Shown here piece after piece: positions 25,424 through 34,518 of a DNA stretch of 38,154 nucleotides (the first letter of the stretch is position 1; each line of letters starts with the position of its first letter). The translations under genes and the position numbers were made by a program. Source of the stretch: a virus; IMG/VR virus record IMGVR_UViG_3300045988_064121, positions 1-38,154 of that record; one strand, 5' to 3'. Under the pieces are notes generated by a model. That model worked only from the letters and a program-made list of their open reading frames with translations, was not told where the DNA came from and did no database searches.

Positions 25424-25499
25424 TCGAAACTAGCCAATAGGCTAGTCTGCTAGAGATGACCTACTAGCACTGATGATGACAGGTCATGGAGGTGAAACA

Positions 25500-25628
25500 A
25501 TACTAGACAAGAGAATTTTTGAAGCCTTAAGCGAATTACAAAAGAAAGGCTACGAGCTTTCAGAATTTTATCAAGGGTATATCGCTTGTATCTTAGATGA
25601 ATCGAAAAGAGGTGAGAAGCATGACTAG
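25500..25628 (+). CDS. Small hypothetical protein; possible ATA start (alternative ATG 25473 without SD)
   Basis: GGAGG at 25488-25492, then ATA 7 nt later at 25500. Confidence 0.3.
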   Translation: MLDKRIFEALSELQKKGYELSEFYQGYIACILDESKRGEKHD

Positions 25629-25800
25629 AACATATTTCGTAACCTTCGACGTAACTGCAAATGTTACGTTCGAAGTTGAAGCACATGACGAATTAGAAGC
25701 GCAGGAAATCGCAAATCAATTAAACGTAAGAGATTTACAAGAGGTAAATGAAATTAACACTTGTGAATCAAGAATGGAGGTGTATGCAAGTGATTATTGA
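25621..25800 (+). CDS. Hypothetical protein
   Basis: AGAGGTGAG SD then ATG 25621. Confidence 0.45.
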   Translation: MTRTYFVTFDVTANVTFEVEAHDELEAQEIANQLNVRDLQEVNEINTCESRMEVYASDY

Positions 25801-26041
25801 GTATAAAGCACTTCTAAATAAAGACGATATAATCGCTCTTTATGACTTAGATAGATACAAGCCACAAACGAAAAAAAACTACTGCTACAGTATTATGAAG
25901 GCAGTAAAAGAAGCTTACAAAAAAGAAACAGGAACTGAATGGGAAGATTCGTTTACACAAAGAAATATTCATCAGAAGGTGATTCCTACAGAAACATTCT
26001 TGAAGTGTGCTCCTGAGTTCAAAAAAAGCTTTAGGAGATAA
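25784..26041 (+). CDS. Hypothetical protein (start ATG 25784 or GTG 25790)
   Basis: GGAGG at 25776-25780. Confidence 0.4.
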   Translation: MQVIIEYKALLNKDDIIALYDLDRYKPQTKKNYCYSIMKAVKEAYKKETGTEWEDSFTQRNIHQKVIPTETFLKCAPEFKKSFRR

Positions 26042-26044
26042 AAA

Positions 26045-26275
26045 ATGGAAGATATAAGAATGAACAGTATTCAAGATGAAGAAATGGAATTGAACATTTA
26101 TCCATTTAATCCAAAACGAATACATTTAAGCAAGGAAGAAAAAGAGATACGCAGAGAAATGACGTATCAAAAAAGAATCACAACTTGTGTGAATATTCTG
26201 TTATTCGCAACAATTATGATTCTATTAATGACTATTTCATGTTTTGGTAAAGCGTATGCAATGTTATTTCAATAA
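26045..26275 (+). CDS. Small protein with a C-terminal TM segment
   Basis: AGGAG SD. ILLFATIMILLMTISCFG. Confidence 0.45.
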   Translation: MEDIRMNSIQDEEMELNIYPFNPKRIHLSKEEKEIRREMTYQKRITTCVNILLFATIMILLMTISCFGKAYAMLFQ

Positions 26276-26374
26276 AAAAAGAGGTGCGCACCCGACAAAA
26301 AGTACGCACACAAGAAATGACGTTCTTAATATAAGAACACATACATTATAGCAGATTAAAAGGAGAAACGGAAG

Positions 26375-27040
26375 ATGGAAGAAAAGAAAATGAATGTATA
26401 TGAAAAGCTATCTCATATACAAAACGAAATGAAAGTGGGGAAGAATCAATATAACAAGTTTGGTAAATATAGTTATAGGTCGGCAGAGGATATCTTAGCA
26501 GAAGCAAAAAAGATTTGTGTTAAGTATAGAGCAACTTTGATTCTTACAGATGAAATTGAAGTCATTAAAGATAGATATTATGTTGTTGCAAATGCAATCT
26601 TAAACGATTGGGATTCAAATGAATCAATTGAAGTTAAGGCAATGGCTAGAGAAGAAGAAAATAAAAAAGGAATGGACGCTTCACAAGTTACAGGTTCATG
26701 CAGTTCATACGCTAGAAAATATGCGTTAAATGGTTTATTTAACTTGGATGATACAAAAGACGCAGATACAGACGAGCAACATGAAGTCATTCAAAATGCA
26801 CAAACAAAGCAACAAAAATCAGAAAATAATAGCAAGTTAGATGAAATTCGTATGAGGTGCTTTAAAGCACAGAATGAATTACAGAAGCTAGGAATTGATA
26901 CACATTCAGAAGCGTTTTGTGAGCATTTAAAAGCCGAATATAAAATCAGTTCACAAGATATTCCTAATCTAAATGGAAACGGTCTAGTGGGATTAATTAA
27001 GGCGTACGGAGCTATTTACAAAGAAAATGCGAAAGCATAA
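26375..27040 (+). CDS. erf: ERF-family single-strand annealing recombinase
   Basis: VYEKLSHIQNEMKVGKNQYNKFGKYSYRSAEDIL...GSCSSYARKYALNGLFNLDD is the ERF signature. Confidence 0.75.
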   Translation: MEEKKMNVYEKLSHIQNEMKVGKNQYNKFGKYSYRSAEDILAEAKKICVKYRATLILTDEIEVIKDRYYVVANAILNDWDSNESIEVKAMAREEENKKGMDASQVTGSCSSYARKYALNGLFNLDDTKDADTDEQHEVIQNAQTKQQKSENNSKLDEIRMRCFKAQNELQKLGIDTHSEAFCEHLKAEYKISSQDIPNLNGNGLVGLIKAYGAIYKENAKA

Positions 27041-27053
27041 GGAGGAAATAAAA

Positions 27054-27359
27054 ATGGAATTAGTAAACGTAACAAATGGACAAATTGAAATTCAACAGGA
27101 AGCATTAAGTAAATTGAAATCATTTCAAGAATACAAAAAGGAAATGGACAAATTAGAAAAAGATATTAAGAAAAATATCTTAGAAGCTATGGAAAAGAAC
27201 GGTATCAAATCATTTGAAAATGATGTTGTGAAAATTGCATATGTAGAACCATACACAAGAACAACTATTGATACAAAATTAGTGAACGAATTAGGTCTTA
27301 TGCACCAATTAGCAAAGGAAACACAAGTTAAATCTAGTGTAAAGGTAACTTGGAAATAA
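27054..27359 (+). CDS. Hypothetical recombination-module protein
   Basis: AAGGAGG SD then ATG 27054. Confidence 0.45.
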   Translation: MELVNVTNGQIEIQQEALSKLKSFQEYKKEMDKLEKDIKKNILEAMEKNGIKSFENDVVKIAYVEPYTRTTIDTKLVNELGLMHQLAKETQVKSSVKVTWK

Positions 27360-27646
27360 AACGAGATAAGTCAATTTTACAAAAAGACATGTCTAAATGT
27401 TATGTATGTGGTTCAACTTTAGATTTACATACACATGAAATATATTTTGGCACTGCAAATAGAAAAAAATCAATTGAGCATGGTTGCTATGTAAGATTGT
27501 GTGCAAAGCACCATAACATGAGTGGCGAAGGAGTACATTTCAATCACAAATTAGACATGAAGCTTAAAAAGGAATGCCAACGGGCATTTGAAGAAGTACA
27601 CACAAGAAATGAATTTATGAAGATATTTCATAAGAACTATTTATAG
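27356..27646 (+). CDS. Cys/His zinc-binding phage protein; start uncertain (ATA 27356 in an ATAA overlap, TTG 27350 or ATG 27389)
   Basis: CYVCGS...HTHE...CAKHHN motifs. Confidence 0.4.
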   Translation: MKRDKSILQKDMSKCYVCGSTLDLHTHEIYFGTANRKKSIEHGCYVRLCAKHHNMSGEGVHFNHKLDMKLKKECQRAFEEVHTRNEFMKIFHKNYL

Positions 27647-27655
27647 GAGGTAAAT

Positions 27656-27886
27656 ATGTATTCATACAATGTTATTAAAAATGAAGAATCGTATCCTCGT
27701 GATATTTATTATTCACAAGCTAAAAGGATTGAGGATTTAGAAAATTACATCATGGATGAGAATTTCAATCCATATCAAGACTCTTGGACGGATGTTAATA
27801 GAATGAAAGAGCTAGGGATTACGGAAGAACAGAAAGAACTTTTCAGACTTCAAAAATTTGAGGAAATGGAGCGCATTCCATTTTGA
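27656..27886 (+). CDS. Hypothetical protein
   Basis: AGGAGG SD then ATG. Confidence 0.5.
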   Translation: MYSYNVIKNEESYPRDIYYSQAKRIEDLENYIMDENFNPYQDSWTDVNRMKELGITEEQKELFRLQKFEEMERIPF

Positions 27887-28434
27887 AAACAAAGTTAATA
27901 GGAAATTTCATTCGAAAATCAAGAAATGAAGATGGAAACCTAGAAATAACATTTGAATTAACTGAGCCAATATACGAATCATACGCTCAGACCCTCGAAA
28001 AAGGGGCATATAGCGTGATTATAGATTCGGTTAAACATTTACGTACGAATAATCAGAATCGGCTTATGTGGGCATTAATCAAGGAAATAAGCGAAAACGA
28101 AAACGCTAGCTACAACGATACATGGGATATGTATTGCGAGTTTTTGAGAATGGCTAAAGCATTATATACATATGTTTCAGTTTTGAAAGATGGTGTTGAT
28201 TCGTTGGCTCAAGCACATGGAGTTAGAGCGGTGCAAATATTAGGTACTGAGATAAGAGACAATGGAAACGAATTTGTAAATTGCAGATTGTTTCTAGGTA
28301 GCTCACAAATGGACACAAAGCAAATGGGAGTCTTAATTGATTGCATATTAGATTATGCAGAACAATTAGGAATCAGTACTCAATATTATTTAGATAAAGG
28401 AATCAAGGTGGAAGAAAATAAAATTTGTAATTAA
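27883..28434 (+). CDS. NinB/Orf-like recombination mediator (tentative)
   Basis: RTNNQNRLMWALIKEIS and GSSQMDTKQMGVLIDCILDYAEQLGI parallel lambda NinB motifs (QNRKLWA; GQSTSRM..EF..L). TTG start overlaps the upstream stop. Confidence 0.4.
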   Translation: MKTKLIGNFIRKSRNEDGNLEITFELTEPIYESYAQTLEKGAYSVIIDSVKHLRTNNQNRLMWALIKEISENENASYNDTWDMYCEFLRMAKALYTYVSVLKDGVDSLAQAHGVRAVQILGTEIRDNGNEFVNCRLFLGSSQMDTKQMGVLIDCILDYAEQLGISTQYYLDKGIKVEENKICN

Positions 28435-28786
28435 AGGAAAACTAGATGGATTGAATGAATATATTAATGCTTGCAGAACGAACCGCTACAAAGGCGCAGA
28501 AATGAAGAAAAAGAATGAGCGATTAGTTATGGCTTATATCTTACAGGCAGTAAACTTTGGTGAAATTTACGAAGTTAAGAACTACCCAATTAAATTAAAT
28601 ATCAATTGGTATGAACCGAATTCAAGGCGTGATGTTGATAACGTAACATTTGCAACTAAATTCATTCAAGATTCATTAGTTAGAACAGGAATTTTAGAGG
28701 ATGATTCAAGGAAATACATTAATCAAGTGAATCATTCAGTGTTTACGGATAAAGTGAATCCAAGAATAGAGGTAGAGATTTTATGA
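28418..28786 (+). CDS. rusA: RusA-like Holliday junction resolvase; proposed ATA start
   Basis: AAGGTGG at 28405-28411, ATA at 28418, giving KFVIKGKLDGLNEYINACRTNRYKGAEMKKK, a typical Firmicute RusA N-terminus that the track start TTG 28451 removes. Confidence 0.6.
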   Translation: MKFVIKGKLDGLNEYINACRTNRYKGAEMKKKNERLVMAYILQAVNFGEIYEVKNYPIKLNINWYEPNSRRDVDNVTFATKFIQDSLVRTGILEDDSRKYINQVNHSVFTDKVNPRIEVEIL

Positions 28787-29166
28787 GAGAGCAAGAAATG
28801 GCAGTAAACGTAGCAAAGCAAATTTACTTTGATGAATTCAATTTGTTTTATCAAATTGCAGAAAGAAGCATAGGAGATACAAATTCAAAGGATGTATTTA
28901 ATGAAGCGTGTACAGTTCATGATATTACCGAAATGTTTATTTACAGATTAACAGGATGTAATGGTTTAAATGAATATATAAGCTATACAAAAGACGGATT
29001 GAACAAAGAAAGATTGATAGCAATATATATGGCATTAGAAGGAGATGGCAGACATTTCAATGATGTGCAATTAAAATGCTATATCGAATACACGGATAAA
29101 ATCATTGATGAAATCCTAAAGCAATTAGTAGTGCTTGGTGGGGGTGAGCAAAATAGCAGTAATTAG
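28783..29166 (+). CDS. Hypothetical protein (start 28783 or 28798)
   Basis: ATGA overlap. A second ATG sits in the CAAGAAATG context. Confidence 0.45.
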   Translation: MREQEMAVNVAKQIYFDEFNLFYQIAERSIGDTNSKDVFNEACTVHDITEMFIYRLTGCNGLNEYISYTKDGLNKERLIAIYMALEGDGRHFNDVQLKCYIEYTDKIIDEILKQLVVLGGGEQNSSN

Positions 29167-29893
29167 AATTATTAAGAACAAAAACTATACAGTGATGAGC
29201 AATACACATTTAAAAGATAAACGCTTATCACTAAAAGCAATAGGCTTGTTAAGTGTTGTTCTTGGTTTACCGGAAGATTGGCATTATACAGTAAATGGAT
29301 TAGTTGGAATTGTAAAAGATGGGAAAGATTCAGTTGAAAGTGCAATTAAGGAATTAAAAAAGAACGGATATTTAAGAGTAGAGAAGATATATCCTAATGA
29401 AAATAGTAATAGAATTCAATATCAATATATATTCTTCGAGAATCCTCAAGAGGTGGATTTTCAACCCCTTGAAAATCAAGGCATTGAAAAGCAAGGTGTT
29501 GAAACTCAAGTACTTGAAAACCCCTACACTTATAAAGATACTAATAAACCAAATACTAATAAATTAAATACTAATACACAAAGTAAACATAAATACGGAG
29601 AATTTCAACACGTTCTATTAACTGATAAAGAACACACACACCTATTAGATTTATATGGTAACTCATTAGATGAGCATATAAAGATATTAGATGAGTACAT
29701 TGAAACGAGTGGAAAGAAATACAAAAACCATTCACTTGTGATTCAAAAATGGGTACATGATGAATGGGCTAAAAGAAATAAGAACAAGCCTGTAAAACTT
29801 GATTCTAAATTCTATGTACAAGAAAACAATCAATCGTATGCAGATGTACATAAGGAAATGGAAAGAGTTAGAAGGGAAATATTAGGAGCATAG
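29153..29893 (+). CDS. Replisome organiser / DnaD-like replication initiator with N-terminal wHTH; start uncertain (ATA 29153 in the aaATAGCAG context, or TTG/GTG 29135-29144)
   Basis: KNYTVMSNTHLKDKRLSLKAIGLLSVVLGLPEDWHYTVNGL is the typical N-terminal domain. Iterons lie inside the gene. Confidence 0.6.
   Translation: MAVIRIIKNKNYTVMSNTHLKDKRLSLKAIGLLSVVLGLPEDWHYTVNGLVGIVKDGKDSVESAIKELKKNGYLRVEKIYPNENSNRIQYQYIFFENPQEVDFQPLENQGIEKQGVETQVLENPYTYKDTNKPNTNKLNTNTQSKHKYGEFQHVLLTDKEHTHLLDLYGNSLDEHIKILDEYIETSGKKYKNHSLVIQKWVHDEWAKRNKNKPVKLDSKFYVQENNQSYADVHKEMERVRREILGA
29469..29525. repeat. Four 15-bp-phased iterons TTGAAAAnCAAG (29469, 29484, 29499, 29514): putative origin inside the organiser gene
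   Basis: cTTGAAAATCAAGg / aTTGAAAAGCAAGg / gTTGAAACTCAAGt / cTTGAAAACCCC read directly. Confidence 0.55.
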
Positions 29894-29905
29894 AAAGGTG
29901 ATTAA

Positions 29906-30130
29906 ATGATTAATTGGATTTGTGGAGCTATATGTGGAAGTGGTGCAACACTTCTTCTATATAGCCTATTAGTTGGAAAAAAGATTCAAGAAGAACAAGA
30001 CAAGGCGACTAAATGTATTTTCAAATATGAAGAATACAGGCGAAGAATCAGAACACTAGAACATCAGAAACATGAACTAGAAAAGAAATTAAAATCAAGT
30101 GATTATTCAGATTTCTATGAGACGAAATAA
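29906..30130 (+). CDS. Small membrane protein
   Basis: N-terminal TM (WICGAICGSGATLLLYSLLVG). Confidence 0.45.
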   Translation: MINWICGAICGSGATLLLYSLLVGKKIQEEQDKATKCIFKYEEYRRRIRTLEHQKHELEKKLKSSDYSDFYETK

Positions 30131-30150
30131 ATGTAAAAGAAGAGGTAAAT

Positions 30151-30666
30151 ATGACAAAAAAAGATGTTGAATTAATCAAAGAAATGCTAAAAATGCAAGC
30201 AAAGCTAGATGAAGCAATTATGAAGGAATACGGATTAAAAGAGATTGATGAAGAGAAGTTGAGCTTTGCAATCCTAGATGAAGTCGGTGAGTTGACTCAC
30301 GAACTCAAAGCCAACTGGTGTTGGTGGAAGAAAACGCAAGCACCTGTTGATAAAGAAAAGGTTTTAGGCGAGTTAGTTGATATTTGGCATTTTGTGCTAA
30401 GTTGGCAAAACAACTTTAATGGTGGTGAAGAAGGATTGTTAACTGATGAGCAATTAATGGAAAAGGTTGACGATAACCGGTGGTCAATCGAAGAATATGG
30501 AAGCGGTATTGTTATCAAATTAGCGGAATTATCAAGTTTTTCGTTGTGGAAAGTAGAACCATTAATCGCAATCACAGAATACTTAGGCTTCACGATTGAA
30601 CAAGTATATGACGCTTATTGTGACAAGAACAAAGTGAATTATCAAAGACTAGAAAGTGGGTATTGA
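30151..30666 (+). CDS. Dimeric dUTPase / all-alpha NTP pyrophosphohydrolase-like
   Basis: LDEVGELTHELK..WCWWKK...ELVDIWHFVLSW motifs. Confidence 0.55.
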   Translation: MTKKDVELIKEMLKMQAKLDEAIMKEYGLKEIDEEKLSFAILDEVGELTHELKANWCWWKKTQAPVDKEKVLGELVDIWHFVLSWQNNFNGGEEGLLTDEQLMEKVDDNRWSIEEYGSGIVIKLAELSSFSLWKVEPLIAITEYLGFTIEQVYDAYCDKNKVNYQRLESGY

Positions 30667-30667
30667 G

Positions 30668-31042
30668 ATGTACAATCCAAACTATTTAAAAGCAATCCTT
30701 ATTTACGTAAAGGACAAAGAAACAGGATATATCCACATTGTAGGAACTGACCAACACGACAGATTGTATTTAGATGAGAATGGAAACATTCAATATTTAA
30801 ACTTACAAAATGGTGGAACTACAGAAGGAAATTACGATTATGAATTTGTATTAGATGAACAAGGACACAATCAAGACAATTTAACATTTACCGAAGAAGA
30901 GCAAGCAACATACGGATTAAGCAATATGGATGATTATTTTAATTCGATTGATTTAGAAATGTATATGGATTCAGTAACGAAAAAGAGAATTCAAGAGTTA
31001 ACAGAAATCAATATGCAATTACTTACAAAAAAGGAGAAATAA
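30668..31042 (+). CDS. Hypothetical protein
   Basis: ATG 30668. Confidence 0.45.
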   Translation: MYNPNYLKAILIYVKDKETGYIHIVGTDQHDRLYLDENGNIQYLNLQNGGTTEGNYDYEFVLDEQGHNQDNLTFTEEEQATYGLSNMDDYFNSIDLEMYMDSVTKKRIQELTEINMQLLTKKEK

Positions 31043-31044
31043 GT

Positions 31045-31413
31045 ATGTGGATTAGAAGTCAGAATAAAGAAGTATTGGTGAATGTTAGTGAATTTGAGGT
31101 TCTTCCTAATATTGGTGAAGATACGTATACCGTATACGGATATGTTGACAGAAGTAGCACTGAACTAGGTGTTTATTCAAGTCACAAAAAAGCTTTAAAT
31201 GTTTTAGATAAGATTCAAAATAGCTTAGAACATTCAAACAATTCTGTATTTCAAATGCCACAAAATGAGGATGTTGAACTGACGTTTGAAGAATTCCAAG
31301 AAATCAATAACAAATATAATTATTCAATGGTGTTTTGCAATCAATTCAAATGTTTGTCTAAGGATGAATATGAAAAGCTCGTAAAGAGTTTAATTAAAGA
31401 AGGATTCAGATGA
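31045..31413 (+). CDS. Hypothetical protein
   Basis: AAGGAG SD. Confidence 0.5.
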   Translation: MWIRSQNKEVLVNVSEFEVLPNIGEDTYTVYGYVDRSSTELGVYSSHKKALNVLDKIQNSLEHSNNSVFQMPQNEDVELTFEEFQEINNKYNYSMVFCNQFKCLSKDEYEKLVKSLIKEGFR

Positions 31414-31487
31414 TGAGGTGGATGTATGACAGAAAAAGATTTAGAAGATCATATAGAAAAGCATTTAGATGAAAAGGAGAAATAAAA

Positions 31488-31643
31488 ATGGGAATTTTAG
31501 GAATACTTACAATTGTTTTTATTGTTTTGAAATTAATTAATGTAATCACATGGTCTTGGCGGTTGGTGTTACTTCCAGGGATCATTGAAATTGTACTTAT
31601 CATTATTGGTATTATTGCTGGCATACTGGAATTCAAAAAATAG
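31488..31643 (+). CDS. Small two-TM membrane protein (51 aa, below the track cutoff)
   Basis: AAGGAG SD. MGILGILTIVFIVLKLINVITWSWRLVLLPGIIEIVLIIIGIIAGILEFKK. Confidence 0.45.
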   Translation: MGILGILTIVFIVLKLINVITWSWRLVLLPGIIEIVLIIIGIIAGILEFKK

Positions 31644-31655
31644 GAGAGAAAGAAA

Positions 31656-31991
31656 ATGAATGAATACCAATATGCGTTCGATAAACTGTTAACTCTAGAT
31701 TCTCCTGATGTTGAACAAATTGAACAATTGGAAGTGCGTGGCGCAGACTATTATCACGAGTTACTTGATACTTTATATGGTCTGGTCGAAAAAGAAACGG
31801 CAACAACACCTGATATTGAAGGTGATGGATATTACAAAGGAGAACTTGTGTATGATACATGGATTTGTCCTCGGTGTGGCACTAGATATGAAATCGATTA
31901 TGACGAATATGAGTATTGTCCGAAGTGTGGCCAACACATTGATTTAGATAGCTTAGAACAAGAATGTGAGGATACAGAGGATGAAGAATAA
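31656..31991 (+). CDS. Zinc-ribbon protein
   Basis: CPRCG...CPKCG pair with an acidic tail. Confidence 0.5.
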   Translation: MNEYQYAFDKLLTLDSPDVEQIEQLEVRGADYYHELLDTLYGLVEKETATTPDIEGDGYYKGELVYDTWICPRCGTRYEIDYDEYEYCPKCGQHIDLDSLEQECEDTEDEE

Positions 31992-32478
31992 AAAGGAGCT
32001 GCATAACGATAAATATATTCTTGATGCATGCTGTGGTTCTAGAATGTTTTGGTTTGACAAAAGTAATAAGAACACAGTTTTTATGGATAATCGAGTATTA
32101 GAAGATACGTTATGTGATGGAAGGACATTATCTGTAAATCCTGATGTAATAGGCGATTTCAGAAATATTCCATTTGACGATAACACATTCAAATTAGTTG
32201 TATTTGACCCACCACATTTGATTCATGCAGGAGAAAATTCTTGGTTGGCCAAAAAATACGGTGTGTTAGATATCAATACTTGGAAAAAAGATATTAAGCA
32301 AGGGTTTCAAGAATGCATGCGAGTATTAGAAGATTGTGGAGTTCTTATTTTTAAATGGAACGATGAGCAAATTAAATTTGGCGAAATTTTAAAAGCTATT
32401 GATTATAAGCCTTTATTTGGTGACAAGAGAGGAAAAACACGATGGACAGTGTTTATGAAGGAGAAAGAAAATGATTAG
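31981..32478 (+). CDS. Orphan DNA amino-methyltransferase (motif I before motif IV)
   Basis: LDACCGSR (SAM-binding motif) and VVFDPPH (DPPY-type catalytic motif). Confidence 0.6.
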   Translation: MKNKKELHNDKYILDACCGSRMFWFDKSNKNTVFMDNRVLEDTLCDGRTLSVNPDVIGDFRNIPFDDNTFKLVVFDPPHLIHAGENSWLAKKYGVLDINTWKKDIKQGFQECMRVLEDCGVLIFKWNDEQIKFGEILKAIDYKPLFGDKRGKTRWTVFMKEKEND

Positions 32479-32734
32479 ATTACAAAATAATTATGCAATC
32501 ACTTCTAGCGGTGGTTCATTTGCCCTTGTAACGTTCGGAAAAGGTAAGGATAAAGAAGGGAATGAGATAGACGTACAAAAGCCTATCTCATACCATACAA
32601 CGCTAGAATCGGCTTTACAGAGCTATTCTAACAATCGTATGGCAGATTTAGTAGCCAATGTAGATTTAGACTTGAAGCAAGTTAAAGAAGCTATTGACGA
32701 ATTAAAAAAGGAGATAAAAGCGTATGAATTATAA
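32471..32734 (+). CDS. Hypothetical protein
   Basis: GGAGAAAGAAAATG context. Confidence 0.5.
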   Translation: MIRLQNNYAITSSGGSFALVTFGKGKDKEGNEIDVQKPISYHTTLESALQSYSNNRMADLVANVDLDLKQVKEAIDELKKEIKAYEL

Positions 32735-32897
32735 ATTTTATGCACATGGAGAATGTACTTATGTTGGAACTGTAGAAGCAAGTTCTAAAGAAGAAGCGCT
32801 AAGAAAAATTAAAAATTATGATTATGATGATGTTGAATTAGTGGATGACGAAATGAATATCAACTCTATTGATAAATGCGATATAGAAGAAGATTAA
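32724..32897 (+). CDS. Hypothetical small protein (57 aa)
   Basis: AAGGAG SD then ATG 32724. Confidence 0.35.
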   Translation: MNYKFYAHGECTYVGTVEASSKEEALRKIKNYDYDDVELVDDEMNINSIDKCDIEED

Positions 32898-32907
32898 GGG
32901 TGATGAA

Positions 32908-33489
32908 ATGAATAAATATCAAAAAGCTATTAAAGTAGTAGATACATTACTACACTTAATGTGTGGAGAAGAAAGAGAAGATGGATATAAGCCGACTATG
33001 GAAGAAATGTCTAAATTTATGGACTTGTTAAGAGATTTAGCTAATAAAGCAGATTCAAAACACGAAGAAATGACTGCTAGTGGAATATTTGAAAAGCTAG
33101 AATTTACAAGAAAATTAGATTCAAAAAAATTAATATATACCAAAGCACTAAAAGGAACATTTCATTGTTTTGAAATCACATTTGATTTAACAGAAAAAGA
33201 AGTTGAATTGTATGATGACCATGAAGCTTATACGATAAATAACGCTTTATTAAAAGCTATTGACAAGCAAGCAGAGGAATTAGGATGGCTAGATGAAAAG
33301 ACTTGTACTAATTTATCAGAATTTGATTCAATTGATGAATTTGAATGTTCTAATTGTGGAATTGTATTGAGTGAGTATCAACAAATTGAAATTGATGAAG
33401 ATGATGGAGAAAGGTTCTTTTACGATTACAGACCTAAGTATTGTCCAAATTGTGGGAGAAAGATTGTAGAGGAGAAAGAAAATGATTAA
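32908..33489 (+). CDS. Hypothetical protein with a C-terminal zinc ribbon
   Basis: CSNCG...CPNCG. Confidence 0.5.
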   Translation: MNKYQKAIKVVDTLLHLMCGEEREDGYKPTMEEMSKFMDLLRDLANKADSKHEEMTASGIFEKLEFTRKLDSKKLIYTKALKGTFHCFEITFDLTEKEVELYDDHEAYTINNALLKAIDKQAEELGWLDEKTCTNLSEFDSIDEFECSNCGIVLSEYQQIEIDEDDGERFFYDYRPKYCPNCGRKIVEEKEND

Positions 33490-33961
33490 TGTAGCAGTAA
33501 TAGCAGGGCACTTAACTAAAGATGTTGAACTATCAAAAACACAAAATGGAAATAGCGTAGCAAAATTTACGGTAGCAGTAAATGGATATAATAACACTAC
33601 AGATTTTATTAATTGTGTAGCATGGAATAAATTAGCAGATATTGTGAATATGTATTGCAAGAAAGGTGATTTAGTTACAGTTGAAGGAAGAATTAGCGTT
33701 AGAAATTATGATAACCAACAAGGGCAAAGAATTTATATCACTGAAATTGTCGCTAGCAACGTGCAATTACCGCCTAAAAACGTTTCTAATGGGCAAAATT
33801 TCAGTTCTAATGTAAATGCATATCAATATCCAAACCAAGCAAATAACAACGCTTACGGCGTTCAAAACACATATACACAACCGAGCTTAACTCAACAAAT
33901 TGCACAACAAGAATATACTGAAAGCGGATTAAATATTGCTTCAGATGATTTACCGTTCTAG
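33482..33961 (+). CDS. ssb: Single-stranded DNA-binding protein
   Basis: OB-fold N-terminus (INVAVIAGHLTKDVEL...FINCVAWNKLA), Q/N-rich linker and C-terminal DDLPF tip. Confidence 0.9.
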   Translation: MINVAVIAGHLTKDVELSKTQNGNSVAKFTVAVNGYNNTTDFINCVAWNKLADIVNMYCKKGDLVTVEGRISVRNYDNQQGQRIYITEIVASNVQLPPKNVSNGQNFSSNVNAYQYPNQANNNAYGVQNTYTQPSLTQQIAQQEYTESGLNIASDDLPF

Positions 33962-33980
33962 AGGGGGAATATTAATAGAA

Positions 33981-34169
33981 ATGAATTATGAAGAAAGGAT
34001 TAAAAAGTTAATTTCTAAAAACAATAGACTAGGAAGGAAGAATATTGAATTGGAGCAGACTTTAAAAGAAAGAAATGCAACAATTCATAATCAAGTACAA
34101 GAGATTAATAGATTAAAAAATAAAGTTGGCGAATTAGAAAATAGATTAATGAGGATGTATACGTCATGA
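33981..34169 (+). CDS. Coiled-coil protein (possible ATA start at 33975)
   Basis: GAGGGGG at 33961-33967 is 7 nt from ATA 33975 and 13 nt from ATG 33981. Confidence 0.45.
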   Translation: MNYEERIKKLISKNNRLGRKNIELEQTLKERNATIHNQVQEINRLKNKVGELENRLMRMYTS

Positions 34170-34492
34170 GTACATATGAAGAAGTTAAAAAGCATTTTCT
34201 ATGCGAATGTCAATCTTATACATACTATGAACAAAAGATAGCAGAGCTACAAAGAGATGAAGCTATTTATCCATTAAAGGCCGAGCTATTCTTAGCTCAT
34301 GCAGATTATGCAAGAAGAATGAATTATGTAAAAGACAAATTAAGCCAACTTGATGATACGACTCGAGCCATGATTGAGTATAGATATATAAAGGGATTCA
34401 GTGCAGAAAAGACATCTAATATTGTAGGTTATGCAAGAGAAGAAATTCCACGAAAAATAAATAAAAACTTAAAGAAAGTGCTCACAATGTGA
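34166..34492 (+). CDS. Late-gene transcriptional activator (ArpU/RinA-like, sigma region-4-like)
   Basis: MIEYRYIKGFSAEKTSNIVGYAREEIPRKINKNLKKV. It is the last gene before the packaging module. Confidence 0.55.
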   Translation: MSTYEEVKKHFLCECQSYTYYEQKIAELQRDEAIYPLKAELFLAHADYARRMNYVKDKLSQLDDTTRAMIEYRYIKGFSAEKTSNIVGYAREEIPRKINKNLKKVLTM

Positions 34493-34494
34493 GC
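34480..34494. repeat. 7-1-7 palindrome GCTCACAATGTGAGC (copy of 6939-6953), here followed by T6 (terminator-like)
   Basis: Read directly. Confidence 0.7.
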
Positions 34495-34518
34495 ATTTTT
34501 TCATGTAATAATTGTTTT

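Noticed and set aside
31708-31947. 79-aa ORF in an alternative frame of 31656..31991
   Set aside because: It has no SD and is fully nested in the zinc-ribbon gene, which has one.
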